Source of the DNA: Trichoplax adhaerens
Taxonomy: Eukaryota > Animalia > Placozoa
Assembly (NCBI RefSeq): GCF_000150275.1
Contig: NW_002060949.1
Location: 5,327,006 to 5,391,005 of the forward strand
Length of the DNA stretch: 64,000 nt
Direction of reading: 5' to 3'
This document shows positions 22,201 to 36,115 of the stretch, one piece after another. How positions within the stretch are numbered: position 1 is the stretch's first letter; every line of letters begins with the position of its first letter. A program made the translations under genes and the position numbers. Under the pieces are notes generated by a model. It saw only the letters and a program-made list of their open reading frames with translations. It made no database searches and had not been told where the DNA came from.

Positions 22201-24948
22201 CTAATAATTACTAATGTCTAAACTATTCTTGGAGTTAATGACTAGGTACTTTTATGAAAAGCGCATAAAGAAGGTAGATTATTATTCACTAATTTAATAA
22301 AAGATATAGTGCAATGTAAAATCTTCATTTAAAATCGATTAAGACAATAAAAATACTTTCACAATACATGTCAATAGATCTACATATTACATATGCCTTA
22401 AGGATAATTTTATCAATACTCTAAAACTTCCCTAGAAGATTAATGATGAGTCGATACAGCCATACAGCAATGGCAAATGTTATTCTACTTACTAGTTGTC
22501 GCTTTTGTATCTGAACCAAGATGAGATGCGTTGCGACTGCAAATACAGTAAGAAGTGTTAATACTAAGAATTGATAATAAGCGGTTTAATTTCACCTGCT
22601 AGAGTACAGTATCAGTAAAACAGGACACCGTACAATTCATTCATCGTTTGTATGCTCGGTATTAATAATAAGGAAGCGTTCAATACCTTGGACAATCTTC
22701 ACGTAAAAGTTCAGCATGGATTATATAACTAACGCGACAAATACTTCCATCCTATAAGGTGTAGCAAAACAGAAAAATTGTGAAAAAAATAATAAAAACC
22801 AAGTAAGATTCGAGTAGAACTAGAAATTTATATTCCAACGCAATAATACGTCATATCAATGAGACGGTAAACTGTTTACTAAACAACATTGATAACATTA
22901 GATCGATGTCGTCCTATACATTCATGAAATTTTACTTGCAATAGTTTTTAATATTATTTAATAGCATCGCATAGTAAAGTATATAATATAAAAAGATAGC
23001 TAGCAGCGCTATAAAATCAAAATAGAAATGCGTCTTAGTATCAAAATTCATTTCATTACTCCATGTTCAAACAATTTTGACGCGATTCTTTCAAGACTGT
23101 TGATATGATATTATTGGTGCAACATGAGAAATGATATCGGGAGTATGATACAACTACAGTAGTCCTTTGGTACTGAATCCAAATGATAGTAATAATAATC
23201 TCATGTAGTATAAGATATTAGACAGTACTAACTCAAAATTTGACTGAAGTGTTGTTCACATCTTCCAATAATTCGTATAGTATGTATTTTCAATATGAAT
23301 GTTCATTCTAACGTACATCTTTTACTCCAATTTTATCAATATACAGTTATAACAATAGGCATGACGTTTTATAATAATATGTTATCCAGCTGATTTAGCA
23401 TCGGTATATGTATTGAATTGAGTTGAATTCATTATTATTTGTAACAAATTTTCACTACAAAAATCTCTAACCTCAAATAACAGTCCAATATGCTTGGGTC
23501 CGATTACGCAGTCGCGAATCTTGGCATCTTCTAATCCAGGCAGTAACTTTAAGCTAAAGCAGATGATCATATTGGTAAGTATAGAAAATAAGTGATACGC
23601 GTCGTCGTTCCATTGGAGTAGCCTAAGCATTGGAAATTTTTACTTTACGATAAAACGACAAGCCTACTTTGAAGATATCAGTTATTCATTTGGACTGTTG
23701 TAGGCAACAGTCCAATTGATAACTCTGTTACGGTACAATATTAATGCCCTATAGCATGGATGAGATACACTCGTGGAACACTAAATTGACAATGCAAATC
23801 ATGAGTGTAAATTACGGTTATATTCTCATTTCTCCCTTATTGATGGAAATACGATGTAAGGAGATGACTAGCTATTCAAATGGCTGATAGAGTATTGTCT
23901 AACAATCAGTAGCATCATCATTTGATCCTACTTGATTCAGTCTACTGTAAGTAAGAGCTAGTGGGTAAAATCGAGGCATCTAGGATGGAAATAAAAAAAG
24001 TTTGTTGAACGGGTATCATGGTTCATTACATCAGCCATTGCACATGGTCCAAAAAAATGAAATTAATCTGATGGACAAGATGATCAAGTCATCCAATTGA
24101 ATGTCCGTCCACCAGTATTACTACTGTACTCGGTTCATTTTTTATTTCATCTGCAGTGAACGGCTGCTCGCTTTACGAAATCAACAAATTAAAACCATTT
24201 TTAGTGAAAAAAAGAGTCTAGTCTGACTACTTGATGAGTATCCAGGCAATCCATTGCTATCATTGACGAACAAAGTGACGCTAAATTAAGTTGGTAAGAC
24301 GTCATTTTAGCCAACTGCAATCAAGCTAGCGTATTGCTATCGTACCTATTAATGCTACCATTTCCACGATTCGTATTGACTTTACGAGAGATTTCTTTTA
24401 ATCTAAAATGAAAAAGATAGTGAACTTAATAAAAATCAGTGTTAACTAGTTGTAATCCATCAGGGCTGTTGTTGATTGTCTCTTTGGACATTCTCGTCTA
24501 CAAAGACGAGAATGAACATCATTATTATAATTACAGTGAAAAAAAAAAGTATGGGCAAGGTTGGGATGAATTGTATTGGCTTGAGTGGCGCTGATAATCT
24601 ACGGTACTGGGTAAGACAGCAGTAAGTTATGAATCTACTAAACTAGCTAAGGAAAGACCAACTCTATTCTAGTTGTCTCAGAAGTTTTTGGTCCATTTCT
24701 TTGAAATGCATTCCAATTTTTTCACTGACAAGAGTATTGCAAGCTGACGTTGAAAATAGCTCCGACATCAACCACGAGACATACTGCCCTAGACCACCGA
24801 CCTGAATCTATTGTACAGTATAGGATGGAAAGAAGAAGCAAAGAAATAGGCTAGACCAAGGTAAAAAGAGCTCTCCACCAACTTACCGTTGATATAATTG
24901 ATTTCGCGATAAAGGTAAAGGACAGACTGCTACATGCAACGAAGTCAT
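10243..24948 (-). CDS. UBR5: E3 ubiquitin-protein ligase UBR5 (EDD/hyd), multi-exon, complete
   Basis: First exon 24887-24948 [21 protein letters not shown] then LKEISRKVN, matching the UBR5 N-terminus. UBA domain ([40 protein letters not shown]); UBR box ([23 protein letters not shown]...[16 protein letters not shown]...AYCDC); MLLE/PABC (LGKRLFEKI...KITGMLLE); HECT with [13 protein letters not shown] and catalytic [16 protein letters not shown]...FGFV*. Confidence 0.96.
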
Positions 24949-25080
24949 CTTCTCGATGTTGTATGAATAGCAGTTCAAAAGGAGGAAATTTAGCGCTTTA
25001 AAATCGACATAGGATCAACAGCCTTTTCCGATTGAGGTATAAATTAATTAATTGTCAGTATCAGTAGTGGATGCTTTCAA

Positions 25081-25096
25081 AATTGGCGATTGGCTC
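25081..25096 (-). promoter_or_regulatory. Tandem CCAAT (NF-Y type) boxes upstream of UBR5
   Basis: Minus strand reads GAGCCAATCGCCAATT, about 135-145 bp upstream of the ATG. Confidence 0.45.
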
Positions 25097-26981
25097 TATG
25101 TCGACGTAACACCGTATACTACAGTAGAAGACACTATGAACTGGTTGATGCTTTGGGATTGCTTGAATCTTTATAAATACCCATACCGTGCAGTGTCCAC
25201 AGGGTACAGTGTACAGTGTACAGTACAGCCAGGTCAGAACCATACAGTGTACTGTACACTGTACAGTACTGTACTCTACAGTACAGTACAATGTACTGTA
25301 GGCCATGACGAGTGGACTGAAACACTACTGTACTGTAGGTATTGTACACTGTCGTTCCCGACCTCAAGGAATAACTGTAAAGTACAGTGAACTACTGCTT
25401 ACTGTACTTCCAATTAGGCCGTGATATTAATTGATTTATTAATATCATTCATAATTAACAATCATGATAATAATAATAAAAAAAAAGATTTTTTTTTTTC
25501 TTCTCTTTTGCATACGATGTCATCGACTATCTACAGGATTCGGACTAATCTGCACCGTATGCGTTGGATAGACAGACGGCACAGTACAGTTCTGTATTCA
25601 GTTGAAAGTGATTGGCCTGTGCCGTCAAACCAACCACAGACACGATGGGTAGACAAGGCAGATAGTCGACTGTGCAAAGTGCAAGTCTGCTGTAGCAGGC
25701 TAGCAGCTAATCAACTTACTGACAATATCTCTGCACGCTTGATCCCAATCCAAATAATATCCAAAATCTGAAGTTTGAATTGTGATAGGACCAATCTGAT
25801 CCCAAATATTGAGGAATGTTAAATTATTGTATAGTGTACAGTACAATACTGATATAAGCGCCCAGTTGTATTGCACAGTAATGGAATCTCATTGATCAAT
25901 CGACGCTATTGCAAGTAATATTAGTATAAAAGAGATTCCTTTCGCAGCACATGCCTACTTGCTCAGCTGCGAATATGTACTAAAGCAACCGACATGTAGA
26001 CAACAGGCTACCATTCAGTGGGCCACATACAGTACAGGTAAAAAGAAAAAAAAACTCAATCTTTTTTTTTCCATAAATTACTGTGTATTTCACTGAGAAG
26101 AGATCAGAATATAATTATTTCATTTTTAGTGATGCATGAAATAGAGCACAAGCGTCATTACCTAATTGGCGTGATACCTAGCTCTCTTTTTTATTTCAGG
26201 CAGTAGTAGGCGACTTTTTGACCTTAAATTATTTATAGTTCACTTAATGAAATCGTAAGCTGCAATAAAAGCCATTTTCAATGGTTTGGTACAGTGCTGT
26301 ACTGTATAGCTGACAAAGTCACGAGAATAGAATCAAAATAATAGTTCCAGCTGTTTATTTATTTTTCCTGTGTGCGCTGTGACACTGCCTACGCTGAGCG
26401 ATGTTCTATATCGCTCAGTTCTATCGGCTTGCATTATTAGCTGGTAGCAAATAGAAAGGTAATAGAAAAGCTACTGTTTCCCCTAGTTATTTAGCCACAT
26501 CATTAGGTTTCTTTTAGACTCCCAGTAGCTTTCTTTCTGGTGATATAATACAATGAAACCTAAATTTGAACATCGTCGACTCCGCGTTTCTCCCCCTGCA
26601 GTCCTACACAACAGCAAATTCCAGTCAATAACCAACAGATTGACAGAGAGACTGACGGTAGCATCGTCACTACGGTGTACAGTACCGTACTGTACTTTAA
26701 AGTACCAAGTACAGTACCATGGATTGTCATACTAAATGACTTGATCAATAACCCACCAGTGTACGGTACGGTACAGTGTACAGTACTGTATTTTGCAACA
26801 CGGTACTGTACTGTACGATGGAAGCGTACTGTAGACCAGCGTCATGACATAATGTTTCCAGTACCTGGAGACGCAGTACCCCGTGCTTGTCAGTTGTTTT
26901 ACTATCCTGGTCAGGAACTACGTATACAAACTGTTGGAAAATTTCTGCCACTTCTCTTGGTTTTTTCCCCATAAACCGAAG

Positions 26982-29900
26982 ATGGTGAGTACTTTATGTT
27001 TTAATAAGCTTATTAAATCCATTAATATATATATATAATCGATACCATCCATCACTACTTATGAGAAATCTTTTATAGTTGGCGTAAAAATGACATGAAA
27101 GTTATTACAAGAAAAGCTTGACTTCAAAATTTCTCCCTCTGTAAATAAATAGCATTCGTACTGTACTAATACAGGAGTAAGGCAAATGACATGATTCGTA
27201 TTATGAACTACCAATTAATGAACTTCTGCTCATAAAATTATCCCTAACGTAGGATGCTAGTCCAATTATTTTCCGACCAGTACACTGATGATGAACTAGA
27301 AGAGTTACAGTATAAATATCTTTCTACAAGAGACAAATATAGATGCAATTAGTACAGTATGCAGTAATCAACCATTGAATTCACCGCGATAGGAGTAGCA
27401 ATGGAGCATACCAAAGTAGAGGATGGATGAGCTTTCAATTTGTATCATTACTCATGACAGGAAAATACAAAATGCTGTATGTTGGATTAATGGATCAGCA
27501 GCAAAATACACCTTATTCTATGCCTAACCAAGAGCTACCCCTAATAGATAATCATGATAATTACTGTCTCATAAACAGCTAAATATTGCTTTATTATACC
27601 TTTTTCTTTTAATAAGGTATAGCCGTTACATGGAAGGATAGCAATCTAGCTACTTTAGAAATTCATCAACGTGACACTGAACTACAAATATCAGAAACGA
27701 CCTAACTACTGTTCTAAATATAGTCAAGAATAGTCGCTGATCAACCCGCTAGCAAAAGCAAAATACTTACTATACATGCTGAGCATTGACAATTACTATT
27801 TTTTTTACATACTATATCATATATCATACTTTATACTGATCGCAATGACGCATATACCCAGTATTCTGCTGTAGAATTTCTATGCAATGATTCTCTCTTG
27901 ATTATGCACTATAGTGGTAGAGTATACTCTATTACAGTTTAATGGAGCTATTTATCACTGGAGCGTGCTTGTCGTATAATATTATTTACGTGTATTTGTA
28001 TCGTATGCGTATTCTACACTTGATGCTATGGATCACTCACATACGTGTAAGATAAGAATTTATCATGTCAAGGATATTGACAAAGTTTAAGATGATAATG
28101 AATCAGTGAGTAATAGAAACGTTACGATCAAGCTAAAGTTTAAGATAATATTTAATATGGTATAGAAACGTTATGTTATATCAATGATGATGATAAAGTT
28201 TAAAATGATATTCAATGTATAATAGAATAGAAACATTAAGATACGTATGATTTACCATGTTAATGATCATGTTAAAGTAAAAGATAATTATAAACAATAT
28301 ATAATACAGACTGTTTTACTTATACTGTAATCTATAACCTACCAAGGATTATAAAAGTATAGTTAGCGTTCTACCAATTAAAACAGTAATATGTGTACCC
28401 GATCCTGGATACAGTTTTTACCATTTTATTCCCTTTTTAAATACTAAAAACTAATTTTATATACCCTTTAATTTATCTCATGCAATGAAAGGCTCAAAAC
28501 AATAGTACAGAGAAGAAAGAACACTTATTTAAAATTATCGTTGTGGGAAGCAAATTTACCGGAAAAACCAGTATCATCCGAAGATATGTTCACCAATACT
28601 TCAGTGAAAACTACAAAGCCACGGTAATATTACAACAAAGACTAGCTACTAATCTTTATTAATTAAACAATTTCAGCACCCCTGATCTATACCTTCCAAT
28701 ACCTCTAATTATATTATAGTAGATCCTTTTTTATTCACGTGCTTTCTGTTAGCTGTATTACGGTACAAGAAGTGTTCAATACTAAATGCTTAAACAATCA
28801 TGAATTCATAGATTGGCGTGGACTTTGCACTGAAAGTTATTAATTGGGACGCAGAGACTGTAATAAAACTACAACTATGGGATATCGCAGGTAAGATTAG
28901 TCTAACCATTCAATTACTAAAATTTAGAACTCATATTTGTAACATTAATACTCAACGAAACCTACAGTATTATAACATTACACGTATATATCTTTTTATG
29001 AACTACTGAGTCGTGCGCTTATTTAAAATACGTTCCAGAAAATAGAATTATATCTGACTCAATCTGTCTTGTTTTTCTCTTTTACTTTTACGATATACGA
29101 CAAAGGACAAGATAATTACGAAAAAATGACAAGGGTATATACGTGTATATTACCATTACTCAATTAGGAATAATTTCACTAACTAGACTCGCAATATTTC
29201 TCTTACTTAAATTTTGATTTAATAACATAATACTTTATAGGTTTACTTTAAAGACGCTGTCGGTGCCGTTGTTGTTTATGACATAACCGATACGAAAACT
29301 TTTGAAAGTACTAAAAAGTGGAAAGATGATGTCGATAATAAAGTTTTTCTTCCCGATGGTTCCACCGTCCCTGTCGTTTTATTAGCAAACAAGGTTGTTA
29401 AAATAAGACAACATTAATACGAGCTGATGAGTATACTATATTATCATCTGTTGCATAGCAATTAAGTTTATCTTTCATAAAATATTGCAAGAAATTATTT
29501 GAGCGTAACTCCGTAACATAGAATAAATTATTTTAATACCCTTTAATATGCATATAAACATTCTTTAATTTTACAATGATAGTGTGATAAAGCAAAGATC
29601 GGAGATCATAATGATCCAGAGTATCTCGACAAATTTATCCAGGACAATGGTTATATAAAATGGTTCGAAACCTCAGCTAAAACTAACGTAAATATTGACA
29701 AAGCCTTTAGAAGTTTAGTAGAAGAGGTAAAGCATTTTTATAGCTGTTTCATAAATTTCCTTTCTCTATTCTATAGCACGATATTATTTAGAAATAATAC
29801 CATATAGAATTTTTAAATGTTCTCCTATATCTCATGATCCTAAGAATAATCTACGTTACCTATTAAGAATATAGAGTAACACTGTATATTTACGTAACTA

Positions 29901-30211
29901 AATATGTCCCCATAGATGCGCTGTTAATTTATATTTTTATCTATCTGTAATAGTAATTGCTTATATTTTCTATTCCTTTTTCTCATACATACTCGTAGAA
30001 TTACGTTATTTCACATATTTTGTACATTGCAATTGAATATACACTATAATAACTAGGGATCAAAAAATTAACAAAATCCTTTAATGTATAATGATAGATC
30101 TACGAAAAATCGACTAAATTTGACGGGAAAGAGACTGCAGATCCTGAACGGGTCAATCTTAATAATACTAACGAGAAAGAAGGAACTAAATCTAGTTCAT
30201 GCTGTTTCTAA
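26982..30211 (+). CDS. Rab32/38-family small GTPase, divergent tandem copy 1 (intact)
   Basis: Exons 26982-26984 (ATG only, GTGAGT donor), 28492-28623, 28812-28890, 29106-29134, 29241-29393, 29583-29726, 30098-30211. Protein MAQNNSTEKKEHLFKIIVVGSKFTGKTSIIRRYVHQYFSENYKATIGVDFALK...WDIAGQDNYEKMTRVYF...LANKCD...WFETSAK...SSCCF*. FALK and WDIAG are Rab32-subfamily hallmarks. Confidence 0.92.
28058..28292. repeat. Degenerate repeat of about 55-80 bp, about 4 copies, in intron 1 of Rab copy 1
   Basis: AAAGTTTAAGATRATA...ATAGAAACGTTA recurs near 28082, 28135, 28195 and 28273. Confidence 0.65.
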
Positions 30212-31893
30212 TTTTATTAATTTACTGCTACTAAGAAAAAACAAAACAAAATGAAGTTGTATAATGGAATATATTGCTCACTGATAATGATGCATACGTG
30301 TTTAGCCAATAATTATAGTATAACATTAAAATTGTATACATATACCATCAGTGTTGACCTGCTTAGTCATTAGTTACCTTAAACATAAAATATTAGGAAC
30401 CTGTAATACTTGATAGAAATAACTTTTTTTTATACATAATACTGAAAACACGATTACTGTCAATTCTGATATCTTTTTCAAATTCTTAGTACCGGTATCA
30501 GATAACGATGTATCTACCACATTTTATCACAGAAGTTAAGTTAATTTCGTTTCTAGAGCACATGTTGCAATTGAACAAAATTTTAAAATCCAATTTATAA
30601 TTGAAATTCTAGGTATTTTACTGTATAACGTATTAGCGATCTTTAAATTGTATAGTTAATAAATGTGATGCTTGTCAGCATTATTCATTGTATCATGACT
30701 TCCTCATCATGATCTTATTTGTTTGATTGATGTATATTGTATCCTGATTGACTAAACTGATACAAATAAACAAAATTTTTTTATTGATATACGTAATTGA
30801 TTGCTTCCATTAGAAAGTTTAGGAAATATTTGCATTAGATAGCGAATCCTTATGGTTGGCAATCAGTATACACTATGCGATCTAGCTTTTGTGAACAGTA
30901 CAACAACAATAAATACGAGGATAAGTGGGATAATTACAACAATTACTACAATTTTATGACCTTAACGGCAAAATGTAATCGATATATCCCATTGATAAAT
31001 ATAGTAATTGATTATAATGGAGATCGTTGTATGCTAGTCAGAGTGCTCAGACTAGTATGAATATTTTTGAAATCAGATCCGCTATTCAATAGTTTATACT
31101 GTATAAGCAAAGTATTGTTCTCTCATAGTAGGTAAAAGCAGATCTTGCCAACAATTTAAAGTGCTTTGCTCATAAAGAAATACATCAATTCCTTATCCAG
31201 GGAGACTTTGATTAGATAACAATGACGATTATTATATTATAATTATGCATTAAAGCCTTCAAATATGTGTAAAACCATGACATTACATAAATCGTTAATA
31301 AAGGCTCTCATTACAAGTAGATATAATTTGCATGTGTATATGCAGTAAGCATATCTTTAGATATACAGTATTACGATACACTACAGCATAAAACTCGACA
31401 TATTACTGAAATTCTTTAATTACGCATGAAGATAGATTGCAAACTTGTCTATAGGTATATTAATCTTGCCCGTTGTAATTGATCGTAGAATTTAAATGTT
31501 ATACCTTACTATCATCAATATATCGAAAAATTGATTTCTTTGTATCTACCACTTATAATTATAATATACAGTACATTGCCATTCAGTAGGTCATGAATAA
31601 TGTTTGTAATACTGTATGCTGTATATGACCATGAAGTAGATCATTAATACTGTTTATATCATTACTAGTGCCATTAACAGGTGTGTTAATTGCCCAACAG
31701 TAACAAGCCGGTAACTACAAGTGGATGCGTTTAATACTATACGGAGTATAATAACGATTTACCTCATATCAAATAAACTGATACAATACATGATACAGGG
31801 AATAAGATCAAATTCGCTAATTAGCAAGTAAGGGATAAAACGACCAAAAATAGATTGCAAATATACGGTAATACAGTAACATCGAGTTATAGT

Positions 31894-32617
31894 CAGATCC
31901 GATGTATCCAATGCATATATCAACACAAAATCATTACTTGCAATTTCTTTTTATATAAAGTGTCAACATATAGTTGATAACTCCTATACAGTAATAGTTG
32001 CGATGAAATGATCGATTTGAATAATCTACGCAAAGTATACTAGGGTCATCCTTACTGTGCTACTTACAGACCTGATATATCCAATGCATAGATCGACATA
32101 AAACCGTTTACTTACAATTTTTTATATAATGCATCAATATATAGTATAATAACTCTTCTATATTACAACGAAATGACCGATTTGAATAATTTATGCAAAA
32201 TATACTGAAGTTATCATTACCGTACTTGCAGACCCAATGTATCCGATCTATAAATGGACATAAAATCATTTACTTACAAACTTCTTTATATAAGGTGTCA
32301 ATATATATAGTATCATAATTCTTCTATATTACGACGAAATAACCGATTTGAATAATTTATGCAAAGTATACTAGGGCCATCATTTTACGTGTCACTTGCA
32401 GACCCAATGTATCCGATACATAGATCGACATAAAATCGTTTAATTACAATCTTATTTTATATAAGGTATCAATATATAGTCTAATAACTCTTCTATATTA
32501 TGACGAAATGACCAATTTGAATAATTTATGCAAAGTATACTTTGGTCATAATTACTGTGCTACTTGCAGTCATTTTGACCTTAAGAGAGTTAGTAGATTT
32601 GATTTTGCACAGTATAC
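31894..32617. repeat. Tandem array of about 168 bp, 4 copies plus tail
   Basis: Unit starts CAGAYCC..TGTATCC at 31894, 32067, 32229 and 32399; core GAAATGACCGATTTGAATAATTTATGCAAAGTATACT. Confidence 0.93.
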
Positions 32618-32875
32618 TATAGTATAGCTACTGCATTGATGTTCTATACTGCATTGGCTATCGCATACTGTTGCTAGTACTTGACATAGATTTACAATTA
32701 TACATTGTACAGGCTAGTGTTTACCAGTGACGTCAGGAATTATGGTGCGTATACAGTAGTAAACAAATTCCCTTTACCATCAGTTGTATGAGATATGTTA
32801 CATATTTAACTAGCTGTTGGCCTATTACAACTACGTGTTCGCCATATTATCTTCCTCTCTCCATAAGAAATAAAG

Positions 32876-35800
32876 ATGGTAAGTAATTATAAAGTTGTCG
32901 CTGACTTGTTTCGTCAACCGAATTTATACTCGTGTAATCGATATCTGCATGATCGTTGATGAGCAATTTTATATAATTTGCTGAAAAGATTATACAAGAA
33001 AAGCCTGACTCTATAATCGCTACGCTGTCAATAACACGATCCAATATGATATCTTTGCCCACTTAGTATAAACGAAATGGTATAAACTACGAAATGAAAT
33101 TAACTACAAGTTAACGAACTTGTGATTTGTTACGTAGGACGGTATAAGCGATTTCTGCCAAACAATAATTCTAATAATGATTGAATTGAGACGGTTTACA
33201 TACGTAAATAATTAATCTATATTAACTATATACTAACTTTAAGTAATCAATCTGTGGCAATTCATCGTTCCGATGAAGTATTCGCGTAGTGATTTTGCGG
33301 TATACGAGTAAAAATTAACTATCACTGATTATTCGATGAAGTAAAAAAAGATAGTAGTAATTTCTGACACTGTAAAAATATCTGATCCTCGTCGATATAC
33401 AGTGTGGTTAGCTAGTGAAAGTATCTCGATCAGATTATAATAATAGGCTTATACAGCTAATTATAATTAATGAATAGAAAAAGAGATTGACTTGATATAC
33501 TTCCTTATTACAATGTAAGAATACCAATCAAATGATGCAATATACTTCCTTAATAAAATATAAGTACAGTAAGCCAAATGTTTGCGGGTTTCAATGGTAA
33601 TAAACTCCTTTACTCGTCTTATGTACTATCCAAAAAGTCAATAGTCAACTAATAGTTTAGTATTTAGGCCAAGTACTGCAATAGAAGCAATAAAGATTAA
33701 TTTACTAGCACCCAAGCAAACAGTTTTAACTACATGTTTACTGTTTATACAGTACCTTAAATACTATATCGAACGCCATATTTCATACTCATCTTAGTGA
33801 TATTTTGCAGATGATTTCTATATCAAACTTTATCATGCATATAATTATAATTAATTAGACTCTCATCCTAACTCGGTTTCAGCAAGACAGTAATCATACA
33901 AGTACATCATATGTATGTTACATAACAAACATAATCCTTTCTCATGCTGATATACGCGTATTTTACTACAGCTTTACTTATAACTGAAAACCTTCATTTC
34001 ATCTATAAGTACTTTACGGCATTTACAAGAAATCATAGGTACACAACTATAGCTTATAAATTGTGATGATATTGCACTTTTATGAACATCCACTACTTAT
34101 TCTTCGTTATATTTATTACTCAAACATATGTTAAGATGCAATTTATCATGCTACATGAATCATTGATCACAGTAAAATGGAAAAAGTTAAAGATGACAAT
34201 CAATAATAGAGTCGCTAACTTATGGATTTTTAAAATTTATAAGTAAATAGATATCCTTCTTTGTACAATCTAATTACGTGCGTATTTATTTTATTTTATT
34301 TACTTATCGTTAACAATCAATTTAAAAACTAAATGCTACATTATAATTACATATGCTTGGATATATCTTAAACTATTAAAGGCACAAAAAAATAATCCCG
34401 TGGAGACGAAAGAACATTCATTTAAATTTATCATTGTCGGGAAAAACCATACAGGAAAAAGTAGCATCATACGAAGATATGTTGATGGATTATTTACTGA
34501 CTACTACAAAATTACGGTAAGTTTTATACGCTAACTGAAATTAATCAGTGAAGAAAGATCATCTAAACATACTTAATTAGTAAAATCAATTAAATAAACT
34601 TGTTCATACTTTCTGGTATTTCCAATCACCAATAGATCCTTTAGTCACATTCCGTTAGTTACACGATGTAGTCTTCTAGACGTAGCGCTCAATACTAAAT
34701 GTTGAATTATCTAAAATTCATAGATGGGAGTTGATTTTGCTCTGAAAGTTATTAATTGGGACGCGAAGACTACAATAAAATTACAGTTATGGGATGTCCA
34801 AGGTAATACAAGATTCATTATTAAGCTATTGAAACATTCATTTTAATGCTCATATTGACAATACTTACCAAGTATGAAATACAACTTTTACGACAGTTCA
34901 TATATTATATAGAATCTTATTCATTAGCTTTGGAATGCATAGGTACATTAACAGCGAATACTACATTAGCAATGTTAACAGTTAAAAGCATAAGTTTACA
35001 AGAGCTATAACTGATTGAAATCGCCTTTATTTTTCATCTATGATATTCAAAAAGGACAAGACTTCAACGAAAAGATGACACATGTAAATATCATCATAGC
35101 AATACGAACGTAGCATCATTCTGAATAAATGCTACTAATTTCACCTATTAAGTCCACAGTGTTTCTCTAATGTAGACTTCTAATTCAACAACTGTATAGG
35201 TTTACTTCAAGGATGCTGTAGGTGCCTTTGTTGTTTATGACGTAACTGATGTAAAAACTTTTGAAAGTACCAAAATGTGGAAAGAAGATATTGATAAGAA
35301 AGTTTTCCTTCCTGATGGTTGTAAGATCCCAGTAGTTTTATTGGCAAACAAGGTTATCACAAATAGGAGTATATTCATACAATCTGATGAGTTTATTAAT
35401 CTCTGTATTACAATAATTAAACTTATATTCTAAAAGCATTGCAAAGCTATTTCAGGATTAAAAAAGAAATTATTTAAATGAGTATCGAAATATTTATACA
35501 TGTATGAATATTTCTTAATTTTACTGTGATAGTGTGATAAAGCGAAGGTTGGAAATCATAACAGTCCGGAATATCTCGACAATTATATCCAAGACAATGG
35601 TTATATAAAATGGTTCGAAACATCAGCAAAGACTGGTATAAATATTGATAAAGCCTTTAGAAGCTTAGTAGAAGAGGTAAAACATCATTACAGTCATTCT
35701 ATCAATTCTACTTATTTGTAGCAATTGCCTAGAAATAATAACAACTTTTAAATATATTACCTAAATCTCGTAATGCAAATCCTAGAAATGGTACTTAATA

Positions 35801-36115
35801 AAAATATGTGACACTATACCTTTATATGTAACTAGGGGTACACTCATACATACGAAGATGATTTAAATTTTTATTAATTTTCAATGGCAATTACTTATTT
35901 CTGTTTGTGTTTCTTATTATATAATACTGCGTTACCTCTATACGTAGTGATAAAGTTATAATGAAGGATCAAAAATTCACTAATATGTTATTTGCTTGTA
36001 ATAGGTCTATGAAAGTTCTGATAAATCCGATAAAAAAGAAACAACAGATACTGAGAATATCAAACTTAATGATACTAGCGAGAAAGACGTAACTAAATCC
36101 AGTTGCTGTTTTTAA
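32876..36115 (+). CDS. Rab32/38-family small GTPase, divergent tandem copy 2 (intact)
   Basis: Exons 32876-32878 (ATG then GTAAGT, leader homologous to copy 1), 34382-34516, 34724-34802, 35055-35083, 35200-35352, 35533-35676, 36005-36115. Protein ...HSFKFIIVGKNHTGKSSIIRRYVDGLFTDYYKITMGVDFALK...WDVQGQDFNEKMTHVYF...LANKCD...WFETSAK...SSCCF*. Confidence 0.9.

Noticed and set aside
25052-26974. Tyr/Cys/Thr/Val-rich ORFs on both strands
   Set aside because: Artefacts of TACAG/CTGTA simple repeats in a divergent promoter.
32728-32750. TGACGTCA followed by ATG-GTGCGT as first exon of Rab copy 2
   Set aside because: ATG-GTAAGT at 32876 has a better donor and a leader homologous to copy 1. The CRE-like palindrome alone is too short to call.
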